A DNA stretch of 64,000 bases from Bacteroidales bacterium (GTDB lineage Bacteria > Bacteroidota > Bacteroidia > Bacteroidales > UBA12481), in NCBI GenBank assembly GCA_041658425.1, contig JBBAAF010000001.1:115821-179820 (forward strand). The letters are read 5' to 3'. Both the position numbers and the translations under genes were made by a program. This document shows, one piece after another, positions 9,444-19,969 of this stretch. The notes under the pieces were generated by a model that was not told the DNA's origin, made no database searches, and saw only the letters and a list, made by a program, of their open reading frames with translations. How positions within the stretch are numbered: the stretch's first letter is position 1; every line of letters begins with the position of its first letter.

Positions 9444-10781
9444 CTAAATGGAAGCCGTACTACCCACGCGACCTTTTATGCGGCCTGATTTCATCAGACC
9501 ATCATAGTGGCGCATGAGCAAATGACTTTCAACTTGTTGCAATGTATCAAGAACAACACCAACCAAAATCAGGAGTGAGGTCCCCCCGAAGAACGCCGCA
9601 AACTGGCTATTGACACCAATCAACGTTGCGAATGCCGGAAGTATGGCAATCAAAGCCAGAAACATGGAGCCCGGAAGCGTAATTCTCGACATTACAGTAT
9701 CCAGAAAATCAACGGTTTTCCGTCCGGGTTTAACACCTGGAATGAACCCGCCGTTTCGTTTCATATCTTCAGCCATTTGTGTTGGATTAACAGTAACAGC
9801 TGTATAGAAGTATGTGAAAGCAATAATCAGGAACGCAAATGTAGCATTGTACCAGAATCCTTCGTAATTACCGAATGCCTGTACAAATTTACTCGCAGCT
9901 TCAGTATTAAACTTTCCAACCATCATGGGAATAAACATGAAGGCTTGGGCAAAGATGATTGGCATAACACCGGCAGCGTTAATTTTCAATGGAATATATT
10001 GACGAACACCACCATATTGTTTGTTACCCACGATACGTTTAGCATATTGAACAGGCACCCTCCTTGTAGCTTGAACCAGCGCTATAGCACCCATGATAAC
10101 GATAACCAGAAGAATAATTTCAACCAGAATCATTACCAATCCGCCCCCTTTCTGTTCAAGCTTGGTAGCAACTTCTCCCATAAGCGCAAATGGCAACCGG
10201 GCAATAATTCCGATCATAATAATCAATGAGATTCCATTACCAACCCCCTTGTCTGTTATCCTCTCTCCAAGCCACATGACAAAAAGAGTCCCGGCAGACA
10301 GAATTATTACAGATGAAACAGTAAAGAATGGCCCTTTAAGGAGGAATGCTGTTTCCGGCAACTGAGCATGCAGGTTAAAGATATAACTTGGTCCCTGTGC
10401 AGCCGTAATCAGAACAGTCAGCCAACGTGTAATCTGGTTCATTTTCTTTCTTCCGCTCTCACCCTCCTTCTGCAAACGCTGAAAATAAGGGACTGCGATG
10501 GTGAGCAATTGTATCACGATAGATGCGGAAATATAGGGCATGATCCCTAATGCAAAGATTGAAGCATTAGAAAATGCACCTCCTGAAAACATATCCAGCA
10601 AACCTTCGAGTCCACCAGCAGTTTGGCGCTTAAGGGCGTCAAGTTGAGTAGGATCTATGCCAGGTAAAACGACAAAACTACCGAGCCGATAAACAAGCAC
10701 CAAACCCAATGTTGTCAGGATCCGGGCCCGGAGGTCTTCAATCCTCCAGATGTTCTTCAGTGTTTCGATAAATCTCTTCAT
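9444..10781 (-). CDS. secY: Preprotein translocase subunit SecY
   Basis: 445-aa polytopic membrane protein immediately after rplO. Conserved SecY segments are present (GIMPYISASIVIQLL, NAAGVMPIIFA). Confidence 0.95.
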   Translation of the reverse strand: MKRFIETLKNIWRIEDLRARILTTLGLVLVYRLGSFVVLPGIDPTQLDALKRQTAGGLEGLLDMFSGGAFSNASIFALGIMPYISASIVIQLLTIAVPYFQRLQKEGESGRKKMNQITRWLTVLITAAQGPSYIFNLHAQLPETAFLLKGPFFTVSSVIILSAGTLFVMWLGERITDKGVGNGISLIIMIGIIARLPFALMGEVATKLEQKGGGLVMILVEIILLVIVIMGAIALVQATRRVPVQYAKRIVGNKQYGGVRQYIPLKINAAGVMPIIFAQAFMFIPMMVGKFNTEAASKFVQAFGNYEGFWYNATFAFLIIAFTYFYTAVTVNPTQMAEDMKRNGGFIPGVKPGRKTVDFLDTVMSRITLPGSMFLALIAILPAFATLIGVNSQFAAFFGGTSLLILVGVVLDTLQQVESHLLMRHYDGLMKSGRIKGRVGSTASI

Positions 10782-10785
10782 CCGG

Positions 10786-11232
10786 TTATAATTTTACTAC
10801 GGTTCCTTGTTGAGCTTCAATTGCTTTCACCGCAGACTCCGAAAATGCATGTGCTTTAACTTCAAGCTTGGAGGTAAGGGTACCATTACCCAGAATTTTC
10901 ACCTTATCATTCTTGCGGGCTAAACCTACCGATATCAAAGTTTCGACATCGATAAGGGAAAGATTCATCTTTTCAGCCACCATCTGGAGAGTTCCGATGT
11001 TAATACCCTTAAATTCCTTACGATTGATATTGGTGAAGCCAAATTTCGGCAGGCGGCGCTGAATAGGCATCTGCCCTCCTTCGAAACCTACTTTTTTAGA
11101 GTAACCAGACCGTGATTTTGCGCCTTTATGACCACGTGTAGAAGTCCCGCCATGGCCTGAGCCTTGACCGCGACCAATTCTCTTTTCCCGGTGTACTGAT
11201 CCTTCAGCTGGTTTCAGATTATGTAATTCCAT
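10786..11232 (-). CDS. rplO: 50S ribosomal protein L15
   Basis: 148 aa. Contains LKPAEGS...GRGQGSGHGGTSTRGHKG. Confidence 0.95.
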   Translation of the reverse strand: MELHNLKPAEGSVHREKRIGRGQGSGHGGTSTRGHKGAKSRSGYSKKVGFEGGQMPIQRRLPKFGFTNINRKEFKGINIGTLQMVAEKMNLSLIDVETLISVGLARKNDKVKILGNGTLTSKLEVKAHAFSESAVKAIEAQQGTVVKL

Positions 11233-11255
11233 TGGATTTAAGTCTTACAAATTAA

Positions 11256-11438
11256 TTACTTAGTTGTCTCGGTTGACACCAGGTGTTTTACTTTTCCAAC
11301 CATTCCCAGAATCTGGGGTGTGGCCTCCACAATTACAGTGGCATGCATTCGTTTCAATCCAAGTGCCTCGAGGGTTCTTTTCTGCCTTTCGGTTGTATGG
11401 ATCTTACTTGTTGTTTGAGTTATTTTAATCTTAGCCAT
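11256..11438 (-). CDS. rpmD: 50S ribosomal protein L30
   Basis: 60 aa starting MAKIKITQTTS, with RQKRTLEALGL. It sits between rpsE and rplO. Confidence 0.9.
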   Translation of the reverse strand: MAKIKITQTTSKIHTTERQKRTLEALGLKRMHATVIVEATPQILGMVGKVKHLVSTETTK

Positions 11439-11458
11439 GGTTTCAAAATAATACCGGA

Positions 11459-11974
11459 TTATCCATTAAAAACTTTATCAAGGCTTACACCCCGATGCTG
11501 AGCTACCGTAAGGGCATCTCTCATTTCAACCAGGGCCTTCATCGTGGCTTTCACCAGGTTATGAGGATTAGAAGAACCTTTCGATTTGGCGAGCACATTA
11601 TGGACTCCCACGCTTTCAAGGACAGCGCGCATAGCACCACCTGCCTTTACTCCGGTACCACCGGAGGCTGGTTTAAGCCAAACAGTTGCTCCACCGAACT
11701 TTGCAATCTGTTCATGAGGGATGGTGCCATTAATAATCGGAACTTTGATCAGGTTTTTCTTGGCTGCTTCTACCCCTTTGGCGATGGCAGTAGTAACTTC
11801 ATTAGCCTTACCCAAACCACACCCGACAACTCCGTCTTCATTCCCCACCACAACTATTGCAGAGAAGCTGAAATTTCGCCCCCCTTTGGTCACTTTCGTT
11901 ACCCTGTTGATTGCAACCAACCGGTCCTTCAGTTCAAGATCACTTGTTTTTACCTTACGTACACTAGTAGCCAT
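11459..11974 (-). CDS. rpsE: 30S ribosomal protein S5
   Basis: 171 aa. Contains [22 protein letters not shown]. Confidence 0.95.
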   Translation of the reverse strand: MATSVRKVKTSDLELKDRLVAINRVTKVTKGGRNFSFSAIVVVGNEDGVVGCGLGKANEVTTAIAKGVEAAKKNLIKVPIINGTIPHEQIAKFGGATVWLKPASGGTGVKAGGAMRAVLESVGVHNVLAKSKGSSNPHNLVKATMKALVEMRDALTVAQHRGVSLDKVFNG

Positions 11975-11979
11975 ATTTC

Positions 11980-12339
11980 TTAGAATTTAAGCCCACCTTC
12001 ACGGGCTGCATCTGCCAACGATTTTATTCTACCATGATATAAATACCCGTTCCGGTCGAAAACGACTTTGCTGATTCCGTTGGCTAAGGCCTTTTCGGCA
12101 ATTAGTTTACCAACGAGTTTTGCCTGGTCAATTTTTGTAACACTTTCTTTCTGGGCAATCTCTTTCTCTAAGGAAGAGGCCGAAACCAGTGTCCGTCCGG
12201 TTAGATCATTGATCACCTGCACAGAAATCTGTCGATTGCTGCGAAAAACGGAAAGTCTGGGAACTTCCGTTGAACCGGACATATCCTTCCGTATCCTGTT
12301 CTTGATCTTTAGTCTGCGTTCACGCTTTGAAAAAGCCAT
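11980..12339 (-). CDS. rplR: 50S ribosomal protein L18
   Basis: 119 aa. Contains [19 protein letters not shown] and ends ..[10 protein letters not shown]. Confidence 0.95.
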   Translation of the reverse strand: MAFSKRERRLKIKNRIRKDMSGSTEVPRLSVFRSNRQISVQVINDLTGRTLVSASSLEKEIAQKESVTKIDQAKLVGKLIAEKALANGISKVVFDRNGYLYHGRIKSLADAAREGGLKF

Positions 12340-12383
12340 TTCGTATAGATTTTATCTGTAATTTTTTCGATAATTAACCAGCA

Positions 12384-12938
12384 TCAGCTACCAGCTGCTT
12401 TACCAGATTTCCTGCGAAGCACTTCGTTGACAAATTTAACCCCTTTGCCTTTGTATGGTTCGGGTGGTCTAAAGGAACGAATTTTTGCAGCGATTTGTCC
12501 AATCAGCTGTTTATCAATACTCTTAAGTGTAATGATTGGATTACTGCGTCGTTCGGTTACAGCAACGACCGAAACTTCCGGTGGTAACTGTATCACAAAG
12601 GGATGTGAAAAACCAAGATGCAGTTCAAGAATCTGACCTTCGGCTGTTGCTTTATATCCAACGCCAACCAGTTCCTGTTTTATTTCATATCCGGTTGATA
12701 CACCGGTAACCATATTCTGAATGAGAGCTCTGTAAAGGCCGTGCAGTGCACGGTGCCTTTTCTGTTCAGTTGGCCGGATCACATTTACAATTCCATTTTC
12801 AACCTTGACCTGGATATCCGGATCAACCTGCTGTGTTAAGGAACCCAGCGGACCGCCAACTTCTACCAGATTATCATCGTGAACTTTTACAGTTACACCT
12901 GAAGGTAATGATATGGGTAATTTTCCAACTCGTGACAT
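12384..12938 (-). CDS. rplF: 50S ribosomal protein L6
   Basis: The tracked ORF extends to 12986. The conserved L6 N-terminus MSRVGKLPISLPSGV begins at 12938, and that start removes the overlap with rpsH. Confidence 0.9.
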   Translation of the reverse strand: MSRVGKLPISLPSGVTVKVHDDNLVEVGGPLGSLTQQVDPDIQVKVENGIVNVIRPTEQKRHRALHGLYRALIQNMVTGVSTGYEIKQELVGVGYKATAEGQILELHLGFSHPFVIQLPPEVSVVAVTERRSNPIITLKSIDKQLIGQIAAKIRSFRPPEPYKGKGVKFVNEVLRRKSGKAAGS

Positions 12939-12951
12939 CGTTGAATGCTTT

Positions 12952-13347
12952 TTAATAAACGTAACAAATAACCTCACCGCCCACATTTTCCTTGCGGGCT
13001 TCTTTTTCTGTCATCAAACCCCTTGAGGTAGATAATATGGCAATACCCATACCATTCAATACCCTGGGTAGATTGTCGACATCGCTATATTTCCGAAGTC
13101 CTGGTTTGCTGATACGTTTCAGGCTTTTTATTGCCGAAACCTTCGAAATCGGATGGTATTTCAGAGCGATTTTAATAATTCCCTGTTTATCATCCTCTTC
13201 GAATTTATAGCTCAGGATATAACCTTTATCAAAAAGGATTTTAGTCATCTCCTTTTTCAGGTTTGAAGCCGGGATCTCAACCACTTTATGCTTGGCCATA
13301 ATCGCATTACGCACACGCGTCAGGTAATCTGCAATAGGATCAGTCAT
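12952..13347 (-). CDS. rpsH: 30S ribosomal protein S8
   Basis: 131 aa starting [15 protein letters not shown]. Confidence 0.95.
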   Translation of the reverse strand: MTDPIADYLTRVRNAIMAKHKVVEIPASNLKKEMTKILFDKGYILSYKFEEDDKQGIIKIALKYHPISKVSAIKSLKRISKPGLRKYSDVDNLPRVLNGMGIAILSTSRGLMTEKEARKENVGGEVICYVY

Positions 13348-13365
13348 TTTTATCTATTAATTAAA

Positions 13366-13635
13366 TTACCAACTTGCTTTTTTAATACCCGGTATCAGCC
13401 CATTGGAAGCCATTTCACGGAACGAGATACGGCTAATCCCAAATTGACGCATATATCCTTTTGGCCTACCGGTCAGTTTACACCGGTTATGCAATCTTAC
13501 TTTTGAAGAATTCTTCGGAAGTTTACTTAAGCCAATAAAATCACCCTCGGCCTTAAGTTTGGCTCGCTTTTCAGCATATTTCTCAACCATTTTCTGCCGC
13601 TTAACTTCGCGAGCCTTCATGGATTCTTTTGCCAT
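13366..13635 (-). CDS. rpsN: 30S ribosomal protein S14 (long, non-zinc form)
   Basis: 89 aa. Contains [19 protein letters not shown] and ends GIKKASW. Confidence 0.95.
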   Translation of the reverse strand: MAKESMKAREVKRQKMVEKYAEKRAKLKAEGDFIGLSKLPKNSSKVRLHNRCKLTGRPKGYMRQFGISRISFREMASNGLIPGIKKASW

Positions 13636-13637
13636 CC

Positions 13638-14195
13638 CTATTTCTTATTAGTTGATTTAAAAGGTATTCCAAATTCTTTGAGCAGGGCAAAACCTTCCTC
13701 ATCGGTTTTGGCGGTTGTAACAAAACTGATTTCCATACCGATCATTGAATGGATTTTATCTATTTCAATTTCCGGGAAAATAATCTGTTCAGTAATTCCG
13801 AGTGTATAATTGCCGCGTCCATCAAATTTGGCGGCCACACCTTTAAAGTCTCGTATACGTGGAAGGGCTACAGCTATAAGTCTTTCCAGAAACTCGTACA
13901 TTTTTTCACGGCGAAGGGTTACTTTAACCCCGATCGGCATCTTCTGCCTGAGTTTAAAGTTTGATATGTCTCTTTTAGAGAGCGTTTGCACTGCCTTCTG
14001 ACCTGTAATTGCTGTAAGTTCTTCCTGAGCAACTTCAATCAGCTTTTTATCAGCAACTGCTTTTCCCACTCCACGGTTCACCACGATTTTCTCTAAACGC
14101 GGTACCTGCATAACAGTTTTATAATCAAATTCTTTTGTCAGGGCAGGAATAATTTCTTCCTGGTATTTTACCTTCAGGCTTGGTGTGTATTTCAT
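13638..14195 (-). CDS. rplE: 50S ribosomal protein L5
   Basis: 185 aa. Contains [14 protein letters not shown], and [16 protein letters not shown] further on. Confidence 0.95.
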   Translation of the reverse strand: MKYTPSLKVKYQEEIIPALTKEFDYKTVMQVPRLEKIVVNRGVGKAVADKKLIEVAQEELTAITGQKAVQTLSKRDISNFKLRQKMPIGVKVTLRREKMYEFLERLIAVALPRIRDFKGVAAKFDGRGNYTLGITEQIIFPEIEIDKIHSMIGMEISFVTTAKTDEEGFALLKEFGIPFKSTNKK

Positions 14196-14518
14196 TACTT
14201 GATCTCCTCTCCGGATTTTTTGGCATAACGTACCAATTTACCATTATCATCAAGACGGCGTCCGATACGAGTCGGTTTTCCGGTAGTAGGATCCAGCAGC
14301 ATCAAGTTTGATACATGTATTGGACCTTCTCTTTTGATGATACCACCTTGTGGTGCGTTTTTATCCGCTTTAGTGTGCTTGGAAAGCATATTCACACCTT
14401 CCACGATAGCCTTGTCATTTTTCCGGATTACTTCCAGCACATGGCCCTGTTGACCCTTAGAGTTACCTGCAATCACAATAACGGTATCTCCTTTTTTAAT
14501 ATTCATCTTTTTCTGCAT
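14195..14518 (-). CDS. rplX: 50S ribosomal protein L24
   Basis: 107 aa with KOW motif [18 protein letters not shown]. The start may instead be the internal MNIKKGD. Confidence 0.9.
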   Translation of the reverse strand: MQKKMNIKKGDTVIVIAGNSKGQQGHVLEVIRKNDKAIVEGVNMLSKHTKADKNAPQGGIIKREGPIHVSNLMLLDPTTGKPTRIGRRLDDNGKLVRYAKKSGEEIK

Positions 14519-14534
14519 GGTCTGTGCTTTTTGA

Positions 14535-14900
14535 TTATAACACTTCAGGGGCCAGTGAAACGATCTTCATGTAATTTTCGCGAAGTTCTCTCGCCACCGG
14601 TCCGAAAATACGTGTTCCGCGGATTTCTCCGGTAGGATTCAAAAGAACGCAGGCGTTATCGTCAAAGCGGATATAGGATCCGTCGTTTCTCCTTATTTCC
14701 TTGGTTGTACGAACGATTACCGCTTTAGAAACAGTACCTTTTTTTAGTTCTCCACCAGGTAAAGCAGATTTTACAGTAACAACCACTTTATCGCCAACAG
14801 TGGCGTATTTTTTGCCTGTCCCGCCTAAAACCCGGATGCACAAAACTTCTTTGGCACCGCTGTTATCGGCCACGGTCATTCTACTCTCTTGCTGTATCAT
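14535..14900 (-). CDS. rplN: 50S ribosomal protein L14
   Basis: The tracked ORF extends to 14939. The conserved L14 start [18 protein letters not shown] is at 14900, and that start removes the overlap with rpsQ. Confidence 0.9.
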   Translation of the reverse strand: MIQQESRMTVADNSGAKEVLCIRVLGGTGKKYATVGDKVVVTVKSALPGGELKKGTVSKAVIVRTTKEIRRNDGSYIRFDDNACVLLNPTGEIRGTRIFGPVARELRENYMKIVSLAPEVL

Positions 14901-14902
14901 GG

Positions 14903-15163
14903 TTACTTGGCTCTTTCTATAATTTCCACTAATCTCCAATTTTTCCGTTTGCTCAGAGGCCGGGTTTCCATGATCCGGACGAGATCTCCTTCTTTACAGG
15001 TGTTCTCTTCGTCATGAGCAACGAATTTGGTGGTCTTGTTAACAAACTTCCCGTATATAGGATGTTTAACTTTTCTTTTAACCGCAACAACTATGGTTTT
15101 TTCCATTTTATTGCTGACGACCGCACCGGTACGTTCCTTACGCAAGTTTCTGTTACCTTCCAT
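14903..15163 (-). CDS. rpsQ: 30S ribosomal protein S17
   Basis: 86 aa. Contains [21 protein letters not shown]. Confidence 0.95.
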   Translation of the reverse strand: MEGNRNLRKERTGAVVSNKMEKTIVVAVKRKVKHPIYGKFVNKTTKFVAHDEENTCKEGDLVRIMETRPLSKRKNWRLVEIIERAK

Positions 15164-15169
15164 GGATTA

Positions 15170-15376
15170 TTAGCTTTTCTTGTTTTCAATTACTTGCCGC
15201 TTGCGCAATTCAGTCCTCAGCTGTGCGACCATTCGTCTGGTCTCGCGGATATGATGGGGATGGTCAAGCGGAGAAACCGTATGGTTTATCTGCATTCGAA
15301 CCAAATTACCTTTTTCGGTATCGATCCTTTCGGTAAGTTCCTTGGCCGTCAGTTCGCGAATCTCTACGTTTTTCAT
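15170..15376 (-). CDS. rpmC: 50S ribosomal protein L29
   Basis: 68 aa. Contains IRELTAKELTERI. It sits between rplP and rpsQ. Confidence 0.9.
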   Translation of the reverse strand: MKNVEIRELTAKELTERIDTEKGNLVRMQINHTVSPLDHPHHIRETRRMVAQLRTELRKRQVIENKKS

Positions 15377-15810
15377 TATTCAGAATTTGAATCTTCAACA
15401 AAATCACGCCTGATAATAAACTTAGTTTTCACCGGTAGTTTTTGAGCGGCAAGCCGCAATGCTTCCTTAGCGAGTTCCAGTGAAACACCCTCGGCTTCGA
15501 ATAGAATTCTGCCTGGGGTAACCCTGGCAACAAAACCTTCCGGAGCACCTTTACCTTTACCCATACGTACTTCAGCCGGTTTCTTGGTTATCGGTTTATC
15601 AGGAAAAACCCTTATCCAAATCTGTCCCTGGCGCTGCATATGACGAGTCACGGCAACACGGGCTGCTTCAAGTTGACGTCCGGTCATCCAGCATGTTTCC
15701 AAAGCTTTGATTCCAAATGATCCAAAGGCTAGTTGGTTTCCCCGCTGGGAGTTACCCTTCATCTTCCCCTTCTGTTGCTTTCTGTACTTAGTCTTTTTCG
15801 GTTGTAACAT
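15376..15810 (-). CDS. rplP: 50S ribosomal protein L16
   Basis: 144 aa starting [15 protein letters not shown]. Confidence 0.95.
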   Translation of the reverse strand: MLQPKKTKYRKQQKGKMKGNSQRGNQLAFGSFGIKALETCWMTGRQLEAARVAVTRHMQRQGQIWIRVFPDKPITKKPAEVRMGKGKGAPEGFVARVTPGRILFEAEGVSLELAKEALRLAAQKLPVKTKFIIRRDFVEDSNSE

Positions 15811-15836
15811 GACAATCTGTTATTATTCAGACGATA

Positions 15837-16529
15837 TTAACCTCTTCTTTTCTTAAACCCTTTTCTCGGAGCTTTTGCACCGATATTTGGCGATAGGTCG
15901 CGTTTGCCAAAGATTTCACCTTTGCAAATCCATACTTTTATCCCGGTAGTACCAACTTTAGTATGGGCTTCCGCCAATGCATAGTCTATATCAGCGCGAA
16001 GGGTATGCAATGGAATTCTTCCCTCTTTATAGGTTTCTGAACGAGCCATTTCGGCGCCATTCAATCTGCCTGAGATTTGAATTTTTATCCCTTCTGCACC
16101 CATTCGGATGGTAGAAGCAATTGCCATCTTGATAGCCCGGCGGTAAGCAATCTTACCTTCAAGCTGACGAGCAACGTTAGCAGCTACAATCACTGCATCC
16201 ATTTCAGGTCTTTTGATCTCAAAAATATTGATCTGGACCTCTTTACTGGTAATTTTTTTAAGCTCTTCCTTCAGCTTATCAACCTCCTGGCCTCCTTTAC
16301 CGATAATAATACCCGGTCGGGCAGTATTTACCGTAATGGTAATAAGCTTTAAGGTACGCTCAATCACGATTTTAGACACGCTTGCTTTGGCCAGACGAGC
16401 ATTCAGGTATTCACGGATTTTATAATCCTCAACCAGTTTTTCCGAGAAGTCATTGCCCCCGTACCAATTGGAATCCCAACCTTTTATAATGCCCAGGCGA
16501 TTGCTAATAGGGTTTACTTTTTGTCCCAT
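15837..16529 (-). CDS. rpsC: 30S ribosomal protein S3
   Basis: 230 aa starting [17 protein letters not shown] domain is present. Confidence 0.95.
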   Translation of the reverse strand: MGQKVNPISNRLGIIKGWDSNWYGGNDFSEKLVEDYKIREYLNARLAKASVSKIVIERTLKLITITVNTARPGIIIGKGGQEVDKLKEELKKITSKEVQINIFEIKRPEMDAVIVAANVARQLEGKIAYRRAIKMAIASTIRMGAEGIKIQISGRLNGAEMARSETYKEGRIPLHTLRADIDYALAEAHTKVGTTGIKVWICKGEIFGKRDLSPNIGAKAPRKGFKKRRG

Positions 16530-16946
16530 CTATGCGTCCGTTTTTTCGACTTGTTTACGACTGTCCAGATAAATTGTCACGTGGTTGGAACGTTTCTTGA
16601 TCCTGTGCCCGCGACCCTGTGGTGCAGGGCGCAATCTTTTCAGGATTCGTGCCGAGTCCACAAATACTTGTTTAACATATAAATGACTGTCTTCGATCCG
16701 AACCCCGTCATTTTTTGCCTGCCAGTTTGATATGGCTGACATAAGGAGTTTTTCTAATTTCCGGGAGGCTTCTTTCGGGTTGTACCGCAATACATCCAAT
16801 GCCCGTTTTACTTCCATCCCCCGGATCATATCGGCAACCAGCCTCATCTTGCGCGGGGAGGTCGGATTGTTATTCAAAGCAGCCAGAAATAATGATTTCC
16901 GCTCTTCTTTAGTCCGATTTGCCGCTTCTTGCTTTCTGGATCCCAT
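16530..16946 (-). CDS. rplV: 50S ribosomal protein L22
   Basis: 138 aa. Contains SPRKMRLVADMIRG. Confidence 0.9.
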   Translation of the reverse strand: MGSRKQEAANRTKEERKSLFLAALNNNPTSPRKMRLVADMIRGMEVKRALDVLRYNPKEASRKLEKLLMSAISNWQAKNDGVRIEDSHLYVKQVFVDSARILKRLRPAPQGRGHRIKKRSNHVTIYLDSRKQVEKTDA

Positions 16947-16957
16947 TTTTCTGAGTT

Positions 16958-17227
16958 TTATCTTTTCCTGTTTCCGGCATGTCCTCTGAAAATTCGTGTT
17001 GGAGCGAATTCTCCCAGTTTATGCCCTACCATATTTTCTGTGATGTAAACCGGAATAAACTTATTCCCATTATGAACGGCAACAGTATGTCCAACAAAAT
17101 CAGGTGAGATGATGCTTCTTCTTGCCCATGTTTTAACAACCGATTTTTTTGCGGCTGCATTTAAGGCCAGAATTTTCTTCTCCAGACTGAATTCGATAAA
17201 AGGACCTTTTTTTAATGATCGGCTCAT
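16958..17227 (-). CDS. rpsS: 30S ribosomal protein S19
   Basis: 89 aa starting [12 protein letters not shown], with GHTVAVHNG. Confidence 0.95.
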   Translation of the reverse strand: MSRSLKKGPFIEFSLEKKILALNAAAKKSVVKTWARRSIISPDFVGHTVAVHNGNKFIPVYITENMVGHKLGEFAPTRIFRGHAGNRKR

Positions 17228-17245
17228 ACAGTAGTTTATTATCAG

Positions 17246-18070
17246 TTACTTTTTACGTCTTTCAAGGATAAACTTAGACGATGATTTCTTAGGATGCCGG
17301 GTTTTGTATCCTTTAGCCAACAAACCCTTCCTGGAACGCGGATGTCCGCCAGAAGCACGGCCTTCTCCACCACCCATTGGATGATCCACCGGGTTCATAA
17401 CCACGCCTCTGACTCTTGGACGCCGTCCCTGCCATCTTACCCGACCGGCTTTTCCATCGCTTTCCAGGCCATGATCGGAATTTGAAACTGTTCCGATAGT
17501 AGCGCGACAAGCAACAAGAACCAGTCTGGTTTCGCCTGATGGCAATTTAACAATCGCATATCGTCCTTCCCTGGAGACGACCTGGGCATAAGTTCCGGCA
17601 CCTCTGGCCATCGCTCCACCCTGTCCGGGACGAAGCTCAATATTATGAACAATTGTACCCAGCGGTATTTCACCAAGAGGAAGGCTATTGCCAATCTCAG
17701 GAGCTATTCCGGCTCCCGACACTAATTCCTGGCCAACGCTTAACCCGTTAGGGGCGATGATATACCTTTTTTCTCCGTCGGCGTAAACCAATAAAGCAAT
17801 ACGTGCTGTACGGTTTGGATCGTATTCAATGGTCGAAACTTTAGCCGGGATACCGTCTTTATCTCTTTTAAAGTCGATAACACGGTACATTTGTTTATGA
17901 CCGCCGCCCAGATATCTCATGGTCATCCGGCCGCTATTGTTCCGTCCACCAGATCTTCTAGCTGGCTTCAACAAAGATTTTTCGGGTGTCGTCTGAGTAA
18001 TTTCCTCGTACGTTCCGATAACCTTTTTTCTCTGCCCCGGTGTTACGGGATTAAAACTGCGAACTGCCAT
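17246..18070 (-). CDS. rplB: 50S ribosomal protein L2
   Basis: 274 aa. Contains [19 protein letters not shown]. Confidence 0.95.
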   Translation of the reverse strand: MAVRSFNPVTPGQRKKVIGTYEEITQTTPEKSLLKPARRSGGRNNSGRMTMRYLGGGHKQMYRVIDFKRDKDGIPAKVSTIEYDPNRTARIALLVYADGEKRYIIAPNGLSVGQELVSGAGIAPEIGNSLPLGEIPLGTIVHNIELRPGQGGAMARGAGTYAQVVSREGRYAIVKLPSGETRLVLVACRATIGTVSNSDHGLESDGKAGRVRWQGRRPRVRGVVMNPVDHPMGGGEGRASGGHPRSRKGLLAKGYKTRHPKKSSSKFILERRKK

Positions 18071-18077
18071 TGCTTAG

Positions 18078-18368
18078 TTAAATATTGCTGTAAAAATCTA
18101 TGACATCTCCATCAATCAGGGAAATAATCGCTTTCTTAAAGGCGCTGCTCCGTCCACGTACCACTCCGGTGCGCGAAAATCTCGATTTTTCTTTGCCGCC
18201 GTAACGCATTGTGTTGACGGAAACCACTGAAACCCCGTACATATCCTGTACGGCCTTCTTAATCTGATTTTTATTGGCCCTTTTGTCCACGATAAAACCG
18301 TAATACTTAAGGTCTTCGGTCTGCCCCGTCATTTTCTCCGTTACAATCGGTTTGATCAGAATATCCAT
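18078..18368 (-). CDS. rplW: 50S ribosomal protein L23
   Basis: 96 aa. Contains KPIVTEKMT. It sits between rplD and rplB. Confidence 0.9.
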   Translation of the reverse strand: MDILIKPIVTEKMTGQTEDLKYYGFIVDKRANKNQIKKAVQDMYGVSVVSVNTMRYGGKEKSRFSRTGVVRGRSSAFKKAIISLIDGDVIDFYSNI

Positions 18369-18380
18369 TGTTACCAGTTC

Positions 18381-19013
18381 TTATTGTCCGAAATTTTCAT
18401 TCAAAACTTCAATCGAACTCTCCAGGAAGGCTACAGATGAAGCATTTAATATATCATAAGTATTTAGATCCGAGACCATTATGACTTTGATATCCTGCAA
18501 ATTTCGAGAGGACAAATATATGTTTTTATTCGGTTGATTTAAAACCAATAACACTTTTTTGTTCTCTGATTTGAGGTTTTGCTGGATCTCGACTATTGTC
18601 CGGGTCTTTGGTTCATCCATGATGAAATCCTCAACCACCACGATCTGTGATCCTTGCGCCTTATAAGTCAATGCAGATTTACGGGCAAGAATCTTTACTT
18701 TTTTATTCAGTTTAAAACTGTAATCACGTGGTACTGGTCCGAAAACCCGTCCACCTCCCCGAAACAGTGGCGACTTAATATTACCTGCGCGAGCTCCGCC
18801 GGTACCTTTTTGCTTTTTGATCTTCTTGGAACTTCCGCGAATCTCGTTACGTTCTTTGGATTTGTGCGTTCCCTGGCGTTTATTCGCCATGAATTGCTTT
18901 ACATCCAGATAAATAGCATGATCATTCGGACTGATGGCAAAAACATCGTCGCGCAGCTCCACGGTTCGCCCGGTCTCTTCGCCGGAAGTTTTGTATACTG
19001 CTAATTTCATCAC
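18381..19013 (-). CDS. rplD: 50S ribosomal protein L4
   Basis: 210 aa. Contains [12 protein letters not shown]. Confidence 0.9.
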   Translation of the reverse strand: MMKLAVYKTSGEETGRTVELRDDVFAISPNDHAIYLDVKQFMANKRQGTHKSKERNEIRGSSKKIKKQKGTGGARAGNIKSPLFRGGGRVFGPVPRDYSFKLNKKVKILARKSALTYKAQGSQIVVVEDFIMDEPKTRTIVEIQQNLKSENKKVLLVLNQPNKNIYLSSRNLQDIKVIMVSDLNTYDILNASSVAFLESSIEVLNENFGQ

Positions 19014-19630
19014 TTCTCAATTATTACGTATGAACCTTTCGCACCAGGAATCGAACCTTTCACAATCATCAGGTTATGTTCCGGAACAATTTTCAGGACC
19101 TGAAGACTAAGCAACTTAACGCTATTAACGCCATCGTGGCCGGCCATTCTCATCCCCTTAAAGACGCGGCTAGGATAAGATGAAGCTCCGAGTGAACCCG
19201 GTGCACGCAAGCGGTTATGCTGGCCATGAGTGCTATCCCCTACTCCTGCGAAACCATGGCGTTTAATAACACCCTGAAATCCTTTTCCTTTTGTTACTCC
19301 TGTGACGTCAACCCAGCGATCATTACTAAAGGTATCGACTGTTATAACGTCCCCGAGTTTCAGTACTTCGCCGCTGTCCTTTTTGAACTCGGCAACTTCA
19401 CGTTTTGGTGTGGTGTTGGCCTTTTTGAAATGACCCAACATCGGTTTTGGGGTGTTCTTCTCCTTTTTATCGTCGAAGGCCACCTGCACAGCTTCATACC
19501 CATCAATTTCGTGGGTTTTGATCTGGGTAACCACACAAGGACCCACTTCAATTACGGTGCATGGAACATTTTTCCCATCAGCAGCGAAAACTGAAGTCAT
19601 CCCGATCTTTTTCCCGATTAAGCCTTGCAT
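19010..19630 (-). CDS. rplC: 50S ribosomal protein L3
   Basis: 206 aa starting [15 protein letters not shown], with [14 protein letters not shown]. Confidence 0.95.
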   Translation of the reverse strand: MQGLIGKKIGMTSVFAADGKNVPCTVIEVGPCVVTQIKTHEIDGYEAVQVAFDDKKEKNTPKPMLGHFKKANTTPKREVAEFKKDSGEVLKLGDVITVDTFSNDRWVDVTGVTKGKGFQGVIKRHGFAGVGDSTHGQHNRLRAPGSLGASSYPSRVFKGMRMAGHDGVNSVKLLSLQVLKIVPEHNLMIVKGSIPGAKGSYVIIEK

Positions 19631-19647
19631 TTTATTAGCTCTTAGAA

Positions 19648-19953
19648 TTATACTTTTATTTCAACTTCAACTCCGCTGGGCAGCTCCAGTTTCATCAGTG
19701 CATCGATCGTTTTTGCTGTTGAGCCGTAGATGTCAATCAGCCTTTTGTATGAGCTCAGCTGAAATTGTTCTCTCGACTTTTTGTTTACGAAAGTTGATCT
19801 CAGAACAGTAAACACCCTGGTATGGGTAGGAAGCGGTATCGGGCCGCTAACAACGGCTCCGGTGCTTTTTACCGTTTTTACGATTTTCTCGGCAGACTTG
19901 TCCGCCAGGTTGTGATCGTAAGACTTCAACTTAATTCTAATTTTCTGACTCAT
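19648..19953 (-). CDS. rpsJ: 30S ribosomal protein S10
   Basis: 101 aa starting [14 protein letters not shown]. Confidence 0.95.
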   Translation of the reverse strand: MSQKIRIKLKSYDHNLADKSAEKIVKTVKSTGAVVSGPIPLPTHTRVFTVLRSTFVNKKSREQFQLSSYKRLIDIYGSTAKTIDALMKLELPSGVEVEIKV

Positions 19954-19969
19954 TCCTATATGTATTTAT

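Noticed and set aside
12939-12986. N-terminal 16-aa extension of the L6 ORF
   Set aside because: The conserved L6 N-terminus begins at the internal Met (12938). The extension overlaps the 3' end of rpsH.
14901-14939. N-terminal 13-aa extension of the L14 ORF
   Set aside because: The conserved L14 start MIQQESR is at 14900. The extension overlaps rpsQ.
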